Shown here: positions 11,837 to 21,190 of the stretch, piece by piece | Numbering within the stretch: position 1 is the first letter of the stretch | Layout of the letters: each line of letters starts with the position of its first letter | The notes under the pieces: model-generated | The model's database searches: none | What the model saw: only the letters and a program-made list of their open reading frames with translations | Told to the model about the DNA's origin: nothing | From: Patescibacteria group bacterium | GTDB taxonomy: Bacteria > Patescibacteriota > JACPGU01 | Direction of reading: 5' to 3' | NCBI GenBank assembly: GCA_041675145.1 | Contig: JBAYUK010000002.1 | Location: 216,530 to 280,529 of the forward strand | Length of the DNA stretch: 64,000 nt | Made by a program: the position numbers and the translations under genes

Positions 11837-11909
11837 GCGGGTGTCGTATAGTGGTTCATTATGCTAGCCTTCCAAGCTGGAGAGGTGGGTTCGATTCCCA
11901 TCACCCGCT
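11837..11909 (+). tRNA. tRNA-Gly (TCC)
   Basis: Acceptor GCGGGTG/CACCCGC, anticodon stem CTAGC/GCTGG with loop CTTCCAA, T-arm GTGGG-TTCGATT-CCCAT. It closely resembles Bacillus tRNA-Gly. Confidence 0.8.
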
Positions 11910-11972
11910 CTTTTGAATCTTAAAATTCAGTATCGTGCATTTCTGCTCTTCGGCTTTTCTTGTTTCTCCAAT

Positions 11973-12044
11973 GTCCTCGTGGTGAAATGGATATCACGCT
12001 TGGCTTCGGACCAAGAATTTCGGGTTCGAATCCTGACGAGGGCA
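11973..12044 (+). tRNA. tRNA-Arg (TCG)
   Basis: Acceptor GTCCTCG/CGAGGGC, D-stem GTGA/TCAC, anticodon stem CTTGG/CCAAG with loop CTTCGGA (G37), T-loop TTCGAAT. Confidence 0.75.
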
Positions 12045-12072
12045 TTGGAAAGACGTGAAAGGGCAATAGTGG

Positions 12073-12144
12073 GGTGACCATAGTTTAGTGGTAAAACTCC
12101 AGTTTGTGGCACTGGTATCGAGGGTTCGATTCCCTCTGGCCACC
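12073..12144 (+). tRNA. tRNA-His (GTG) with an encoded G-1
   Basis: An extra 5' G pairs with discriminator C. D-stem GTTT/AAAC, anticodon stem CCAGT/ACTGG with loop TTGTGGC, T-arm GAGGG-TTCGATT-CCCTC. Confidence 0.8.
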
Positions 12145-12187
12145 CCATTGCAGCTCTTTTTGTCTGCAAGGTATTTTAACTGAGTTT

Positions 12188-12261
12188 GCGCCCGTAGCTC
12201 AGTTGGATAGAGCAGGAGACTTCTAAGCTCAAGGTCAGAGGTTCGACTCCTCTCGGGCGCG
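12188..12261 (+). tRNA. tRNA-Arg (TCT), with an unusually weak anticodon stem
   Basis: Acceptor GCGCCCG/CGGGCGC, D-arm TAGCTCAGTTGGATAGAGC, loop CTTCTAA, T-arm AGAGG-TTCGACT-CCTCT. Only 3 of the 5 anticodon-stem pairs are canonical. Confidence 0.6.
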
Positions 12262-12290
12262 TTGATATTTTCCTACTTATAGATACAATA

Positions 12291-12629
12291 ATGAGTATGA
12301 AAATAGATAGAAAAAGTTTTGAAAAGGATGTTGTTGCGCTTGTATCATCAATCCCAGTTGGCCGAGTGATGACTTATGGTCAAATTGCTGCACTGGTTGG
12401 TTTTCCTCGCGCAGCACAAATGGTTGGATGGGTCATGCATTGGTCGGATCAGAAAAAGGTTCCGTATCAAAGAGTAGTAAACCGTTTTGGCGGTCTTGCT
12501 GTTGGCTATACTAACGGTGGGATTGATGGACATAAAAACGATTTACTTAACGAAGGGATAGTAGTAGGCGAAGATGGCACCATAGATCTCGAAAGATATA
12601 TGTGGTGGCCAAAAAATGTGGATCTGTAG
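12291..12629 (+). CDS. MGMT-family (O6-alkylguanine-DNA alkyltransferase-like, ATL-type) DNA-binding protein
   Basis: 112 aa. It has the MGMT C-domain pattern (TYGQIAALVG...VPYQRVVN), with Tyr replacing the catalytic Cys of the PCHRV motif, as in ATL/YbaZ proteins. Confidence 0.6.
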   Translation: MSMKIDRKSFEKDVVALVSSIPVGRVMTYGQIAALVGFPRAAQMVGWVMHWSDQKKVPYQRVVNRFGGLAVGYTNGGIDGHKNDLLNEGIVVGEDGTIDLERYMWWPKNVDL

Positions 12630-12693
12630 CTCAGTTGGTTAGAGCAACTGCCTCTTAAGCAGTGGGTCGTGAGTTCGAGTCTCACCAGGTCCA
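12620..12693 (+). tRNA. tRNA-Lys (CTT)
   Basis: Acceptor GGATCTG/CAGGTCC, D-arm TAGCTCAGTTGGTTAGAGC, anticodon stem ACTGC/GCAGT with loop CTCTTAA. It overlaps the last 10 nt of the preceding CDS. Confidence 0.85.
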
Positions 12694-12697
12694 TTTT

Positions 12698-12769
12698 GGT
12701 CCCATCGTCTAGTGGTTAGGACATCAGGTTTTCATCCTGAAAAGAGGGGTTCAATTCCCCTTGGGACTA
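12698..12769 (+). tRNA. tRNA-Glu (TTC)
   Basis: Acceptor GGTCCCA/TGGGACT, D-stem GTCT/GGAC, anticodon stem TCAGG/CCTGA with loop TTTTCAT, T-arm AGGGG-TTCAATT-CCCCT. Confidence 0.8.
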
Positions 12770-12778
12770 TTAGGGATA

Positions 12779-12806
12779 AAAATAACTACTCAGGTAGTTA
12801 TTTTTT
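12779..12806 (+). terminator. rho-independent terminator closing the tRNA array
   Basis: Perfect hairpin AAAATAACTAC-tcag-GTAGTTATTTT followed by a T-run. Confidence 0.6.
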
Positions 12807-12859
12807 GTTCTTAATACTACTTCAAACGTATCCGCTGATTATGGTACAATCAAAAAAAT

Positions 12860-13828
12860 ATGATTAGCAAAATTGTTATGGCAGAAAAAGATAAAAAAAC
12901 AAAGAAAAGGGTTACTCCAAAGAAAGTTTCTACAAAAAAAATAGCTACCAATAAGGCTTCAGCTAGTTCTGTAAAGGAAGTGCCTACAAGTGACTTCTTG
13001 TATGTAGGTACATGGATACATACAAACTGGATGTATGTAGCTGGTGCGTTTACTGGTTTGGTCGTCGCTGCGATCCTCGTAATTGCTGGGCTACACTATA
13101 TAAACAAGACCTCTGATATGAATATGAATACCGATGATTCGGTAGCGCAGGACTCAACTACAGAAGAATCCCCGTCGCTTGGTAGTCAAACTGAGTCGGA
13201 CGAAACTTTAGACAAACGTATCTACATAGGGCCTGCTAGTAAGCAGTTAGCAAAAGCTATTTCTGAAAAAGAAAAAGCCGATGAAAATAATATAGCAGTG
13301 CAAATTCTTAAATTTGACGAGATTCATGCAAAGGGAAGGTTTTTTGTTAAGGACCACCCAGAAGATGTAAATCCAAGAAACGACTCACAGGACTGGAAAC
13401 CTTTCTTTGCGGTTCAATTTAATACTGTTTGGACAATAGTTTCGGTAAATGACGAGAACCCCACCTGTATGGATCTAAAAAAGTATACTTTTCCTGCAGA
13501 CATTATGTATCCATGTAGTGATGATAACGAAAAAAAGGCATGGAGTGACACTGACCTAGAGGATCAGGTATCTAAGATACTTGAACAAAGATATGGCTCT
13601 GATCAAATTGACTTTATAGATATAGCTCAGTTTAGTGGTGACTTTGTTAGGGGAGTACTCAACCTAACCGAAGGGGAACATGACTTTTATCTTAAGAAAT
13701 CAACTGACGGTTGGAATGTAGTATACGATGGAGCCGGTGCTATCCCATGTGATGAGCTTAAAGAAGCTGGTTTCCCACAAGATATGTTCCTATCTTCATG
13801 TTACCCTGAATACGAAATAATTAGGTAG
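12860..13828 (+). CDS. hypothetical membrane-anchored protein with a Lys-rich N-terminal tail
   Basis: 322 aa: a K-rich 45-aa N-terminus, one TM helix, an acidic Ser/Thr-rich linker and a globular C-domain. No motif recognised. Confidence 0.4.
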   Translation: MISKIVMAEKDKKTKKRVTPKKVSTKKIATNKASASSVKEVPTSDFLYVGTWIHTNWMYVAGAFTGLVVAAILVIAGLHYINKTSDMNMNTDDSVAQDSTTEESPSLGSQTESDETLDKRIYIGPASKQLAKAISEKEKADENNIAVQILKFDEIHAKGRFFVKDHPEDVNPRNDSQDWKPFFAVQFNTVWTIVSVNDENPTCMDLKKYTFPADIMYPCSDDNEKKAWSDTDLEDQVSKILEQRYGSDQIDFIDIAQFSGDFVRGVLNLTEGEHDFYLKKSTDGWNVVYDGAGAIPCDELKEAGFPQDMFLSSCYPEYEIIR

Positions 13829-13883
13829 AATAACCTAAATTATGATATAATATGATGTATATAGGAGGGTATTATTTCTATAT

Positions 13884-14843
13884 ATGTCAAAAGTATCTTT
13901 AGGCTCTCCAAGAGCTGAAATTTTAGGGTCAAACCTAGAGTTAACCGGGTCTTGGAAGTTACTACACAATTATCGTGCTCTGTTAGGCGTCGGAGTGTTA
14001 GTTATAGCTTTAACTCTTACTGGTTGTGGTATGTATATATCAATGACAGGAGTTCGAGCTACAGGCATTGCCTCTAGTTCTTTTGATGAAAATATTGAGC
14101 AGAAAGTTTTTTCAGACTATACGAAAGAGGCAGAAAATCTTAGGATAAAATACAATGGAATTAGTTTCTTTAACCCTGAGGGCTACTATGGCGTTGATGA
14201 CCTAAATACTAAGATTACTCAAAGATTATCCGGTCTTTCTGGAAACTACGGCGTATATACATATAACATAAAGACAGGGGAAGAGGCTGGGTATAATTTT
14301 AATCAGAAGTTTACTATGGCAAGTATTGCAAAGATATTTGCAGCGAGCTCTTTATACGCTAATCAGGGAACTAAAGTAAGGGTTGGGATTGTACAAAGTA
14401 TGCTTCACGCAAGCGATAACGGAGCATTTAGCCAGGCAATATCAGAAGTTGGGGTACATAATATAGTAGAGGGCATATCTCACAGTGGCGTAAGTGATAT
14501 AGACTTTGTAGGTAATGAAGCGAAGCCAAAAAGTATAGGTCAGTATCTAACACTGCTTTCACAAGAAAAGATTTTAAATCACGAAAATACTGCAAGCATC
14601 CTTAGTTTTATGAAAGGAACCACAAATGAAGAGCGGTTGCCCGCTTCTTTGCCGGAGGGAACAGATATTGCGCATAAGGTAGGGACATGGTCAGGCGCGT
14701 ATAGTGATGCAGGTATTGTTAATACTTCTTTTGGAAGTTATGTGGTTGTGGTGATGAGCGATGGCGTACGATACGATGAGGCAGTAAGTGCTATACAAGA
14801 TACTTCTCGTATTATTTATGAGTTTTGGAAAATACGTAGTTAG
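13884..14843 (+). CDS. class A beta-lactamase-like serine hydrolase (PBP-like), probable lipoprotein
   Basis: Signal/lipobox-like LTLTGCG, then SxxK (MASIAK), SDN (HASDNGAF) and a KTG-like KVGTWSG motif. Confidence 0.55.
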   Translation: MSKVSLGSPRAEILGSNLELTGSWKLLHNYRALLGVGVLVIALTLTGCGMYISMTGVRATGIASSSFDENIEQKVFSDYTKEAENLRIKYNGISFFNPEGYYGVDDLNTKITQRLSGLSGNYGVYTYNIKTGEEAGYNFNQKFTMASIAKIFAASSLYANQGTKVRVGIVQSMLHASDNGAFSQAISEVGVHNIVEGISHSGVSDIDFVGNEAKPKSIGQYLTLLSQEKILNHENTASILSFMKGTTNEERLPASLPEGTDIAHKVGTWSGAYSDAGIVNTSFGSYVVVVMSDGVRYDEAVSAIQDTSRIIYEFWKIRS

Positions 14844-14865
14844 AAATTTTAAAACGAAAATACAT

Positions 14866-16779
14866 ATGTCTGATTTTTTAAACAACCTAAATGAAGAACA
14901 GAGTAAGGCTGTGACTACGACTACGGGACCTGTACTGATCTTGGCAGGGGCTGGGTCTGGCAAGACGCGCGTTATTACATATCGTATAGCATACCTTCTT
15001 GAGCAAGGCGTATCAGCCCAGAACATTTTAGCAGTTACCTTTACGAACAAGGCAGCACAGGAAATGAAAGAAAGAGTAGCGCACGTGCTCGGTAATACTA
15101 TTCCAGATATCTGGATAGGTACATTCCATAGTATTTGTGTGAGAATTCTACGTCGTGAGATATCGAAGCTTGGCATAACAAGTGGATTTACGATATATGA
15201 CACATCTGACCAACAACAAGTAATTAAGGAAATAATAAAAGAGCTCGGATACGATGAGAAACTTATAAAGGCAAGAAGTGTTCAGTATAAGATCAGCTCA
15301 CTTAAAAACGATCTTATTACCCCAGAACAGTTTAATAAAATATACGTTACTAGTTTTTTTGATGAAAAGATTGCTGAAGTCTATGTGAGGTATCAAAAAA
15401 GGCTTAGGTCTAATAACGCACTCGACTTTGATGATCTTATTTTTTATACCACAAAGATTTTTCAAGAATTTGACGAGGTATGTGAAAGGTATCAAAAGTT
15501 ATTTCAATATATTTTAGTTGATGAGTACCAAGATACAAACCATGCGCAATACACGCTTGTAAATATACTTGCAGCCGCTCACCATAATATTTGTGTTGTA
15601 GGGGATCCAGACCAATCTATTTATAACTTTCGTGGGGCAGATATTCGAAATATTCTAAACTTCGAAAGCGATTATCCAGATTTAAAAGTTTTTCGTCTTG
15701 AAGAGAACTATCGGAGCACTCAGAATATTCTAGCGGGTGCACAGGGTCTTATAGAAAGAAATACGCAAAGGAAGGAAAAGAAAATATGGACCAGTAATGA
15801 AACGGGAGATTGTATTCGCGTTATAGAAGTTCCTGGTGAAAGAGAAGAAGGATCTTTTGTTGTATATACGATACGACGACTTCTTCAGGATAACCCGTCT
15901 AAGAACCTAAATGACTGCGTAGTGTTTTACCGTACTCATGCGCAGAGTCGAGCGTTAGAGGAATCATTTTTAACTTACTCTGTTCCGTACAGAATTGTAG
16001 GTGGTCTTAGTTTCTATGAGAGAAAAGAAGTAAAAGATATATTAGCGTACATTAGAATATTGGAAAATCCTTACGACCTTGTTTCGCTCAAAAGGATAAT
16101 AAATACCCCAGCTCGTGGTATAGGAGAAAAAACTGTTGATGAGGTTCTAGCATTCCCTGGTTTTTCTCTTACTGATACGCGGTTTCTTGATGACTTGCCC
16201 ATCAAGATACGACAAAAAGTACAGACTTTTTTTGACCTTTACGGGAGGATAAAAGAAGCTTCATTTCATCAGTCAATTTCTAGTCTTATGATGACTGTTG
16301 TAAACGAATCAAGCTATAAAGAATACTTACTGGATGGAACTAGCGAGGGAGAGGTGAGGTGGGAAAACGTAAAAGAGCTTTTAACGGTAGCTAGTCGTTT
16401 TGACCATTTGTCTCCTCAAGAGTCTATTACCGCTTTCTTAGAGGATGTATCTCTAGTTGCTCATCAAGAAAAGAAGGACAGTGTTTTGCCTGCAGTTACT
16501 CTTATGACAATTCACGGAGCTAAAGGACTCGAGTTTGATTATGTTTTTATTGTAGGGGTAGAGGAGAATATATTTCCTCACTCACAGTCAATGAGTGAAG
16601 CAAAGGATGTAGAGGAGGAAAGAAGATTATGTTATGTGGGTATTACCCGTGCTCGAAAGAAACTATACTTATTACACGCTCGTAACAGAATGATATATGG
16701 TGGTTTTCAAAATAACTCTAGATCAAGGTTTATTGACGAACTACCTGAAGATTCAGTCGAGTTTGAGCAGTCTTACTAA
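14866..16779 (+). CDS. pcrA: ATP-dependent DNA helicase PcrA/UvrD
   Basis: Superfamily-1 helicase motifs (ILAGAGSGKTRVITYRIAYL, VDEYQDTN, TIHGAKGLEFDYVFIVGVEE, GITRARKKLYL). The start is set at the internal ATG 14866 (MSDFLNNLNEEQ) to avoid overlapping the upstream gene. Confidence 0.85.
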   Translation: MSDFLNNLNEEQSKAVTTTTGPVLILAGAGSGKTRVITYRIAYLLEQGVSAQNILAVTFTNKAAQEMKERVAHVLGNTIPDIWIGTFHSICVRILRREISKLGITSGFTIYDTSDQQQVIKEIIKELGYDEKLIKARSVQYKISSLKNDLITPEQFNKIYVTSFFDEKIAEVYVRYQKRLRSNNALDFDDLIFYTTKIFQEFDEVCERYQKLFQYILVDEYQDTNHAQYTLVNILAAAHHNICVVGDPDQSIYNFRGADIRNILNFESDYPDLKVFRLEENYRSTQNILAGAQGLIERNTQRKEKKIWTSNETGDCIRVIEVPGEREEGSFVVYTIRRLLQDNPSKNLNDCVVFYRTHAQSRALEESFLTYSVPYRIVGGLSFYERKEVKDILAYIRILENPYDLVSLKRIINTPARGIGEKTVDEVLAFPGFSLTDTRFLDDLPIKIRQKVQTFFDLYGRIKEASFHQSISSLMMTVVNESSYKEYLLDGTSEGEVRWENVKELLTVASRFDHLSPQESITAFLEDVSLVAHQEKKDSVLPAVTLMTIHGAKGLEFDYVFIVGVEENIFPHSQSMSEAKDVEEERRLCYVGITRARKKLYLLHARNRMIYGGFQNNSRSRFIDELPEDSVEFEQSY

Positions 16780-16785
16780 ATACTT

Positions 16786-17577
16786 ATGTCTGAAAGATTA
16801 GGCCAGAATTTTTTAATAGATAAAAACATTATAAAAAAGATCATTCTTGCAGGGGAAGTTACTTCTTCCGATATTATTGTTGAAATAGGTCCTGGGAAAG
16901 GTATTTTAACTGGCGCTCTTGTTTCTACTGGCGCATATGTTATTGCAGTTGAAAAAGATGAGAAGTTATTTAATGACCTAAGCATAAAATATAAGAATAC
17001 TCAGAATCTCGAGCTTATCCTTGGTGATATTCGTTCATTTGACTTTGATCATCACGTGAGTCTCCTGGGTAAGAAATATAAAATCATTGCAAATATACCC
17101 TACTATTTAACTTCGTTTCTTATACGCCAGTTGATGGCTCTTTCTCATAAGCCAGACGATATTGTACTTATGATACAAAAGGAGGTGGGTGAGAGAATGG
17201 TGGCGGGCTCAGGAGACATGAACTTACTTGCTCTTTCTGTGCAGTTGTTTGCTCAAGTGAAAGTTTTGTTTGGGGTTTCAAAAGTAGCATTTAGTCCTGC
17301 GCCACGAGTAGATAGTGTTGTTGTGTCAATCATACCGAAGCCAGTATCTATATTGGATAGTAATGATATTGAGGATTTTTTTATCATTACTCGATCCGTC
17401 TTTCAGAATAAGAGAAAAATGATTGCAAATCCACTTGCTCAGGTTTTGGATATAGAAAAAACATCTGTATATGATATATTGAAATCAATAAGTATTGACC
17501 CCGATATTCGTCCTCAGGAATTATCGGTAGAACAATGGGTGGAATTATTCTATGCAACAAAAAAAATACAAAAATAA
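16786..17577 (+). CDS. rsmA: 16S rRNA (adenine1518/1519-N6)-dimethyltransferase
   Basis: GQNFLID start and the IVEIGPGKGILT SAM motif. Length is typical for KsgA. Confidence 0.85.
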   Translation: MSERLGQNFLIDKNIIKKIILAGEVTSSDIIVEIGPGKGILTGALVSTGAYVIAVEKDEKLFNDLSIKYKNTQNLELILGDIRSFDFDHHVSLLGKKYKIIANIPYYLTSFLIRQLMALSHKPDDIVLMIQKEVGERMVAGSGDMNLLALSVQLFAQVKVLFGVSKVAFSPAPRVDSVVVSIIPKPVSILDSNDIEDFFIITRSVFQNKRKMIANPLAQVLDIEKTSVYDILKSISIDPDIRPQELSVEQWVELFYATKKIQK

Positions 17578-18841
17578 AAAGAGTAAATTTACTCTAAAAG
17601 AAATGGGGAGGGTGGTGGGTCCTGGTGTTGTGACAGGCTCTTCTGATGACGATCCTTCTGGAATTGGTACATACTCTGTTGCTGGAGCATCATTTGGTTT
17701 ACGTCAGTTGTGGCTTGCTCCGTATCAATTGCCGCTCATGATTGCACTACAAGAGATGTGTGGAAGATTAGGTTTGGTAACAGGTAGAGGATTGGCAGGT
17801 AATATAAAAAAGTTTTTGCCTATTCATTTTCTGTACATTATTGTAGGTTTGCTAGTCTTTGCAAATGTCTTAAATATCGGTGCAGACATATCAGTTATGG
17901 CAGCGTCTCTTGAAATGGTGACGCATATAAACAGCTTAATTTGGGCGCCACTACTAACCATATTTATTATCCTTCTCGAAGTATTTGTTACCTATAAAAA
18001 GTATGCGGGGATCTTAAAGTGGACTACCTTATCCTTATTTGCGTATGTAATTACTGCGTTTTTGGTTCCTCAGGACTGGAGGCACATTATCATATCGAGC
18101 ATAAAGCCAACTCTAGTATTTGATCGGACTTTCATACTGACTGTTGTTGGTTTTCTTGGGACTACAATTTCGCCATATCTCTTTTTCTGGCAAACAAGTG
18201 AGGAGAATGAAGAGGAAAAAGATTCTGGTAAGTTATCTGATATTGGTTCAGCACGACCGTATATTACCAGAAAGGATATAAAGAGAATGAGGCTTGATAC
18301 TATCATTGGGATGATATTATCTCAGGTGATTTGTTTCTTTATTATAGTAACCTGTGCCAGCACTTTAAATGCTCACGGAGTTACGGATATTTCTAGCGCA
18401 CAAGAAGCGGCATCTGCATTGGTACCGTTTGCAGGAAATTGGGCAGGACTTTTGTTTGTGCTAGGGATTGTTGGTTCTGGACTTCTCGGTGTTCCTGTTT
18501 TAGCTGGCGCTGTCGCGTATGCTTTATCCGAGACATTTGGTTGGAAAGAAGGTCTGTCAAAAAAATTCAAAGAAGCAAAAGCTTTTTACATAACAATCAT
18601 AGTAGCTACATTCCTTGGACTCTTATTCCACTATCTACATATTAACCCAATAAAGGCGTTACTATATGCGGCAGTGGTCAATGGAGTAGTGGCGGTTCCT
18701 GTAATTGCTCTTATCATTTCTTTGACAAGTAATAAAAAAGTAATGGGTAAGTATACTAATACTATTTGGTCGAATGTTTTTGGTTGGGCTGCTTTTATAA
18801 TAATGTTAGGCGCAGTTGGCATTTTGATATTCGTTAATTAA
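17552..18841 (+). CDS. mntH: NRAMP-family divalent metal (Mn2+/Fe2+) transporter
   Basis: GPGVVTGSSDDDPSGIGTYSVAGA signature and about 11 TM helices. The start is uncertain; the ORF overlaps the rsmA end. Confidence 0.75.
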   Translation: MQQKKYKNKKSKFTLKEMGRVVGPGVVTGSSDDDPSGIGTYSVAGASFGLRQLWLAPYQLPLMIALQEMCGRLGLVTGRGLAGNIKKFLPIHFLYIIVGLLVFANVLNIGADISVMAASLEMVTHINSLIWAPLLTIFIILLEVFVTYKKYAGILKWTTLSLFAYVITAFLVPQDWRHIIISSIKPTLVFDRTFILTVVGFLGTTISPYLFFWQTSEENEEEKDSGKLSDIGSARPYITRKDIKRMRLDTIIGMILSQVICFFIIVTCASTLNAHGVTDISSAQEAASALVPFAGNWAGLLFVLGIVGSGLLGVPVLAGAVAYALSETFGWKEGLSKKFKEAKAFYITIIVATFLGLLFHYLHINPIKALLYAAVVNGVVAVPVIALIISLTSNKKVMGKYTNTIWSNVFGWAAFIIMLGAVGILIFVN

Positions 18842-18846
18842 TTTTT

Positions 18847-19530
18847 ATGGCAAAACTCTATATAGTTGCTACTCCAATTGGGAATACTCACGATATCAGT
18901 GAAAGAGCGAAAGAAACTCTTTCAAGTGTGGAATATGTATTTGCAGAGGATAGTCGCAAAACAAATATATTCTTACGACTTATAGGAATAAAAAAATCAG
19001 CCAAGACATATCACCATCACTCTGGGCGCGGGAAAGAAAATGAGATTATTAATCACCTACAAAAAGGTGATGATGTAGCACTTGTAACCGATGCAGGTAC
19101 TCCAGGGATATCAGATCCCGGAAATATGTTAGTTTCTCGTGTTTGGGACGAAATACAAGGTGGCGAAATGGATGTTCAAATCATACCGATACCTGGCGCT
19201 AGCGCTGTGACAACTATTTTATCTGCATGCGGTTTCCCAACCGACGAGTTCTACTTCTTAGGGTTCTTACCAAAAAAGAAAGGAAGACAGAAGAAGCTCT
19301 CACAAATAAAGGATATTAAAACCGTTTTAGTTTTGTATGAATCTCCTTACCGGGTCGTAAAGACCTTAGAAGAACTACTGCTTGTCTTTGGGGATGTACC
19401 ATGCGTAGTTGGTCGTGAGCTCACAAAAAAGTTTGAAGAAATAAACCATGGACCAATATCTCAAATACTTTCTCACTATAGGTCAAAGACAGTAAAAGGA
19501 GAGTTTGTATTGGTACTAAATAATAATTAG
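18847..19530 (+). CDS. rsmI: 16S rRNA (cytidine1402-2'-O)-methyltransferase
   Basis: LYIVATPIGNTHDISERA N-terminus of the tetrapyrrole-methylase fold, typical of RsmI. Confidence 0.8.
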   Translation: MAKLYIVATPIGNTHDISERAKETLSSVEYVFAEDSRKTNIFLRLIGIKKSAKTYHHHSGRGKENEIINHLQKGDDVALVTDAGTPGISDPGNMLVSRVWDEIQGGEMDVQIIPIPGASAVTTILSACGFPTDEFYFLGFLPKKKGRQKKLSQIKDIKTVLVLYESPYRVVKTLEELLLVFGDVPCVVGRELTKKFEEINHGPISQILSHYRSKTVKGEFVLVLNNN

Positions 19531-19536
19531 ATTCTT

Positions 19537-20385
19537 ATGATTTGGCATTCACTCTTAGCTACACTTTCTAATGCCGGTAACTCGCTTTTAGAAAAAGATT
19601 TTCTTGATCACAATAGGAGAAGGCATGACCTAGGAGTACTTGCCTTTTTGTATCTTATAGCCTTTTTACTACAAGTAGCTTTTTTGTATCCTAAATATGG
19701 ACTACTGTATGCAGGTGCTCTAGATACCAAGGTGGTTGTTTTGCTTATTCTTATGTGTGTTCTAGCAGCTATTGGCAACGGCTTCTACTACTATGGGCTA
19801 CCAAAAGAAGGACTATCTCAAATACAACCTTTTATTGTTTTCAACCCACTGCTCACTATCTTACTAGCAAGTATCTTCTTTACGGATGAGAGAGATGTTT
19901 GGAAAATAATCTTTGCCTGTATAGCAATTGGTGTCTTGATGCTAACCCACATCCGTGGTAAAAAAGTATCTCTAGGAGAAGGCTTGTCTTCAATTCTGTT
20001 GTCGATGTTTTTGTATTCGTTTGAAGTGCTCATGACAAAAGAGTTACTCTATTTCTATTCTCCAATTGCGCTATATACTATTCGCGTTGGTGTTATATCT
20101 TTACTATTTTTTATCTTCTTTAGACCTGAGGTTAGTATACTTAGAAGACAGAACATGCTGCGAGTAGTATTTCTGCCTATGGTATGGATAGTTACTATGG
20201 GAGCTACATACTATAGCTATCACGAAATTGGAATAGTAGGAACTGTATTGGTTTTGCTACTCGCACCATTTCTTACGATTATTGGTTCTCACTTTTTACT
20301 AAAGGAGCAAAAAATTGAAAAGAAGGATATAATAGCCCTAGTTCTTGTTTTGCTTTGTGTTATAGGCGCCCAGTTAAGACAGTAA
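19537..20385 (+). CDS. integral membrane protein (about 10 TM helices, EamA/DMT-like topology), unknown
   Basis: 282 aa, highly hydrophobic, no specific motif recognised. Confidence 0.35.
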   Translation: MIWHSLLATLSNAGNSLLEKDFLDHNRRRHDLGVLAFLYLIAFLLQVAFLYPKYGLLYAGALDTKVVVLLILMCVLAAIGNGFYYYGLPKEGLSQIQPFIVFNPLLTILLASIFFTDERDVWKIIFACIAIGVLMLTHIRGKKVSLGEGLSSILLSMFLYSFEVLMTKELLYFYSPIALYTIRVGVISLLFFIFFRPEVSILRRQNMLRVVFLPMVWIVTMGATYYSYHEIGIVGTVLVLLLAPFLTIIGSHFLLKEQKIEKKDIIALVLVLLCVIGAQLRQ

Positions 20386-20386
20386 T

Positions 20387-21184
20387 ATGATAGATACTCA
20401 TGCACACATCCAGGAGAAGGAATATAAAGCTGATCAGGATCAGGTTATTTCACGAGCTCAATTATCTGGTGTTGAGCAGGTATTTTGTATCGGCAGCACT
20501 ATGAGCAATAGTTACGATGCAGTTGCGCTTGCCAAGCGGTATCCTGATTTTGTTCTTCCTTCTGTAGGACTTCATCCGCATGATATGGACGAGGGCGACA
20601 CAAAAAAAACAACCCCACAGTTACTAAAGGAGTTGGAGGTATTACTAGTGGAAAATGACAATATTGTCGCTATCGGTGAGTGTGGTCTAGATTTTAATGT
20701 TCGTGAAGGTCAGGAGCTTCCACGCAGTATTCAGGATCAAAAGGAGTTGTTTGTGGGACAAATCAACCTGGCTAAGAAGTACCAGTTACCGATATTCTTT
20801 CACGTTAACAAGGCATATGATGAAGTTTTAGATATATTACTAGAAGAAGACTTAGGGGATATTCCAGGAATATTTCACTTTTATACAGGAGGAAAAAAGA
20901 GAATTCAAAAGATACTAAATAGTGGTAACTTGTATTTTGGAGTAGGAGGGGCAGTTACTTACGATCAGGGTATTATGGAAGTAGTAAAAGAACTACCACT
21001 GGATCGTATAGTACTTGAGACAGACTGCCCATATTTAGCTCCAGTCCCACATAGAGGTGAGAGAAATGAGCCCGCCTGGATCAGTTTTGTAGTAGACAAG
21101 ATAGCTGACCTTAAGCAGGTACCAGTAAATGAGGTCATATACCAGACCACGATTAATGCAAAAAGTATATTAGCCGGAAAATGA
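20387..21184 (+). CDS. tatD: TatD-family metal-dependent hydrolase/DNase
   Basis: MIDTHAHI, GECGLDF and the conserved His/Asp ligands of the TIM-barrel amidohydrolase fold. Confidence 0.8.
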   Translation: MIDTHAHIQEKEYKADQDQVISRAQLSGVEQVFCIGSTMSNSYDAVALAKRYPDFVLPSVGLHPHDMDEGDTKKTTPQLLKELEVLLVENDNIVAIGECGLDFNVREGQELPRSIQDQKELFVGQINLAKKYQLPIFFHVNKAYDEVLDILLEEDLGDIPGIFHFYTGGKKRIQKILNSGNLYFGVGGAVTYDQGIMEVVKELPLDRIVLETDCPYLAPVPHRGERNEPAWISFVVDKIADLKQVPVNEVIYQTTINAKSILAGK

Positions 21185-21190
21185 TGGATT

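Noticed and set aside
11710-12169. Minus-strand ORFs 11710..11904 and 11927..12169
   Set aside because: They run antisense across the tRNA-Pro, tRNA-Gly, tRNA-Arg and tRNA-His genes with no coding features.
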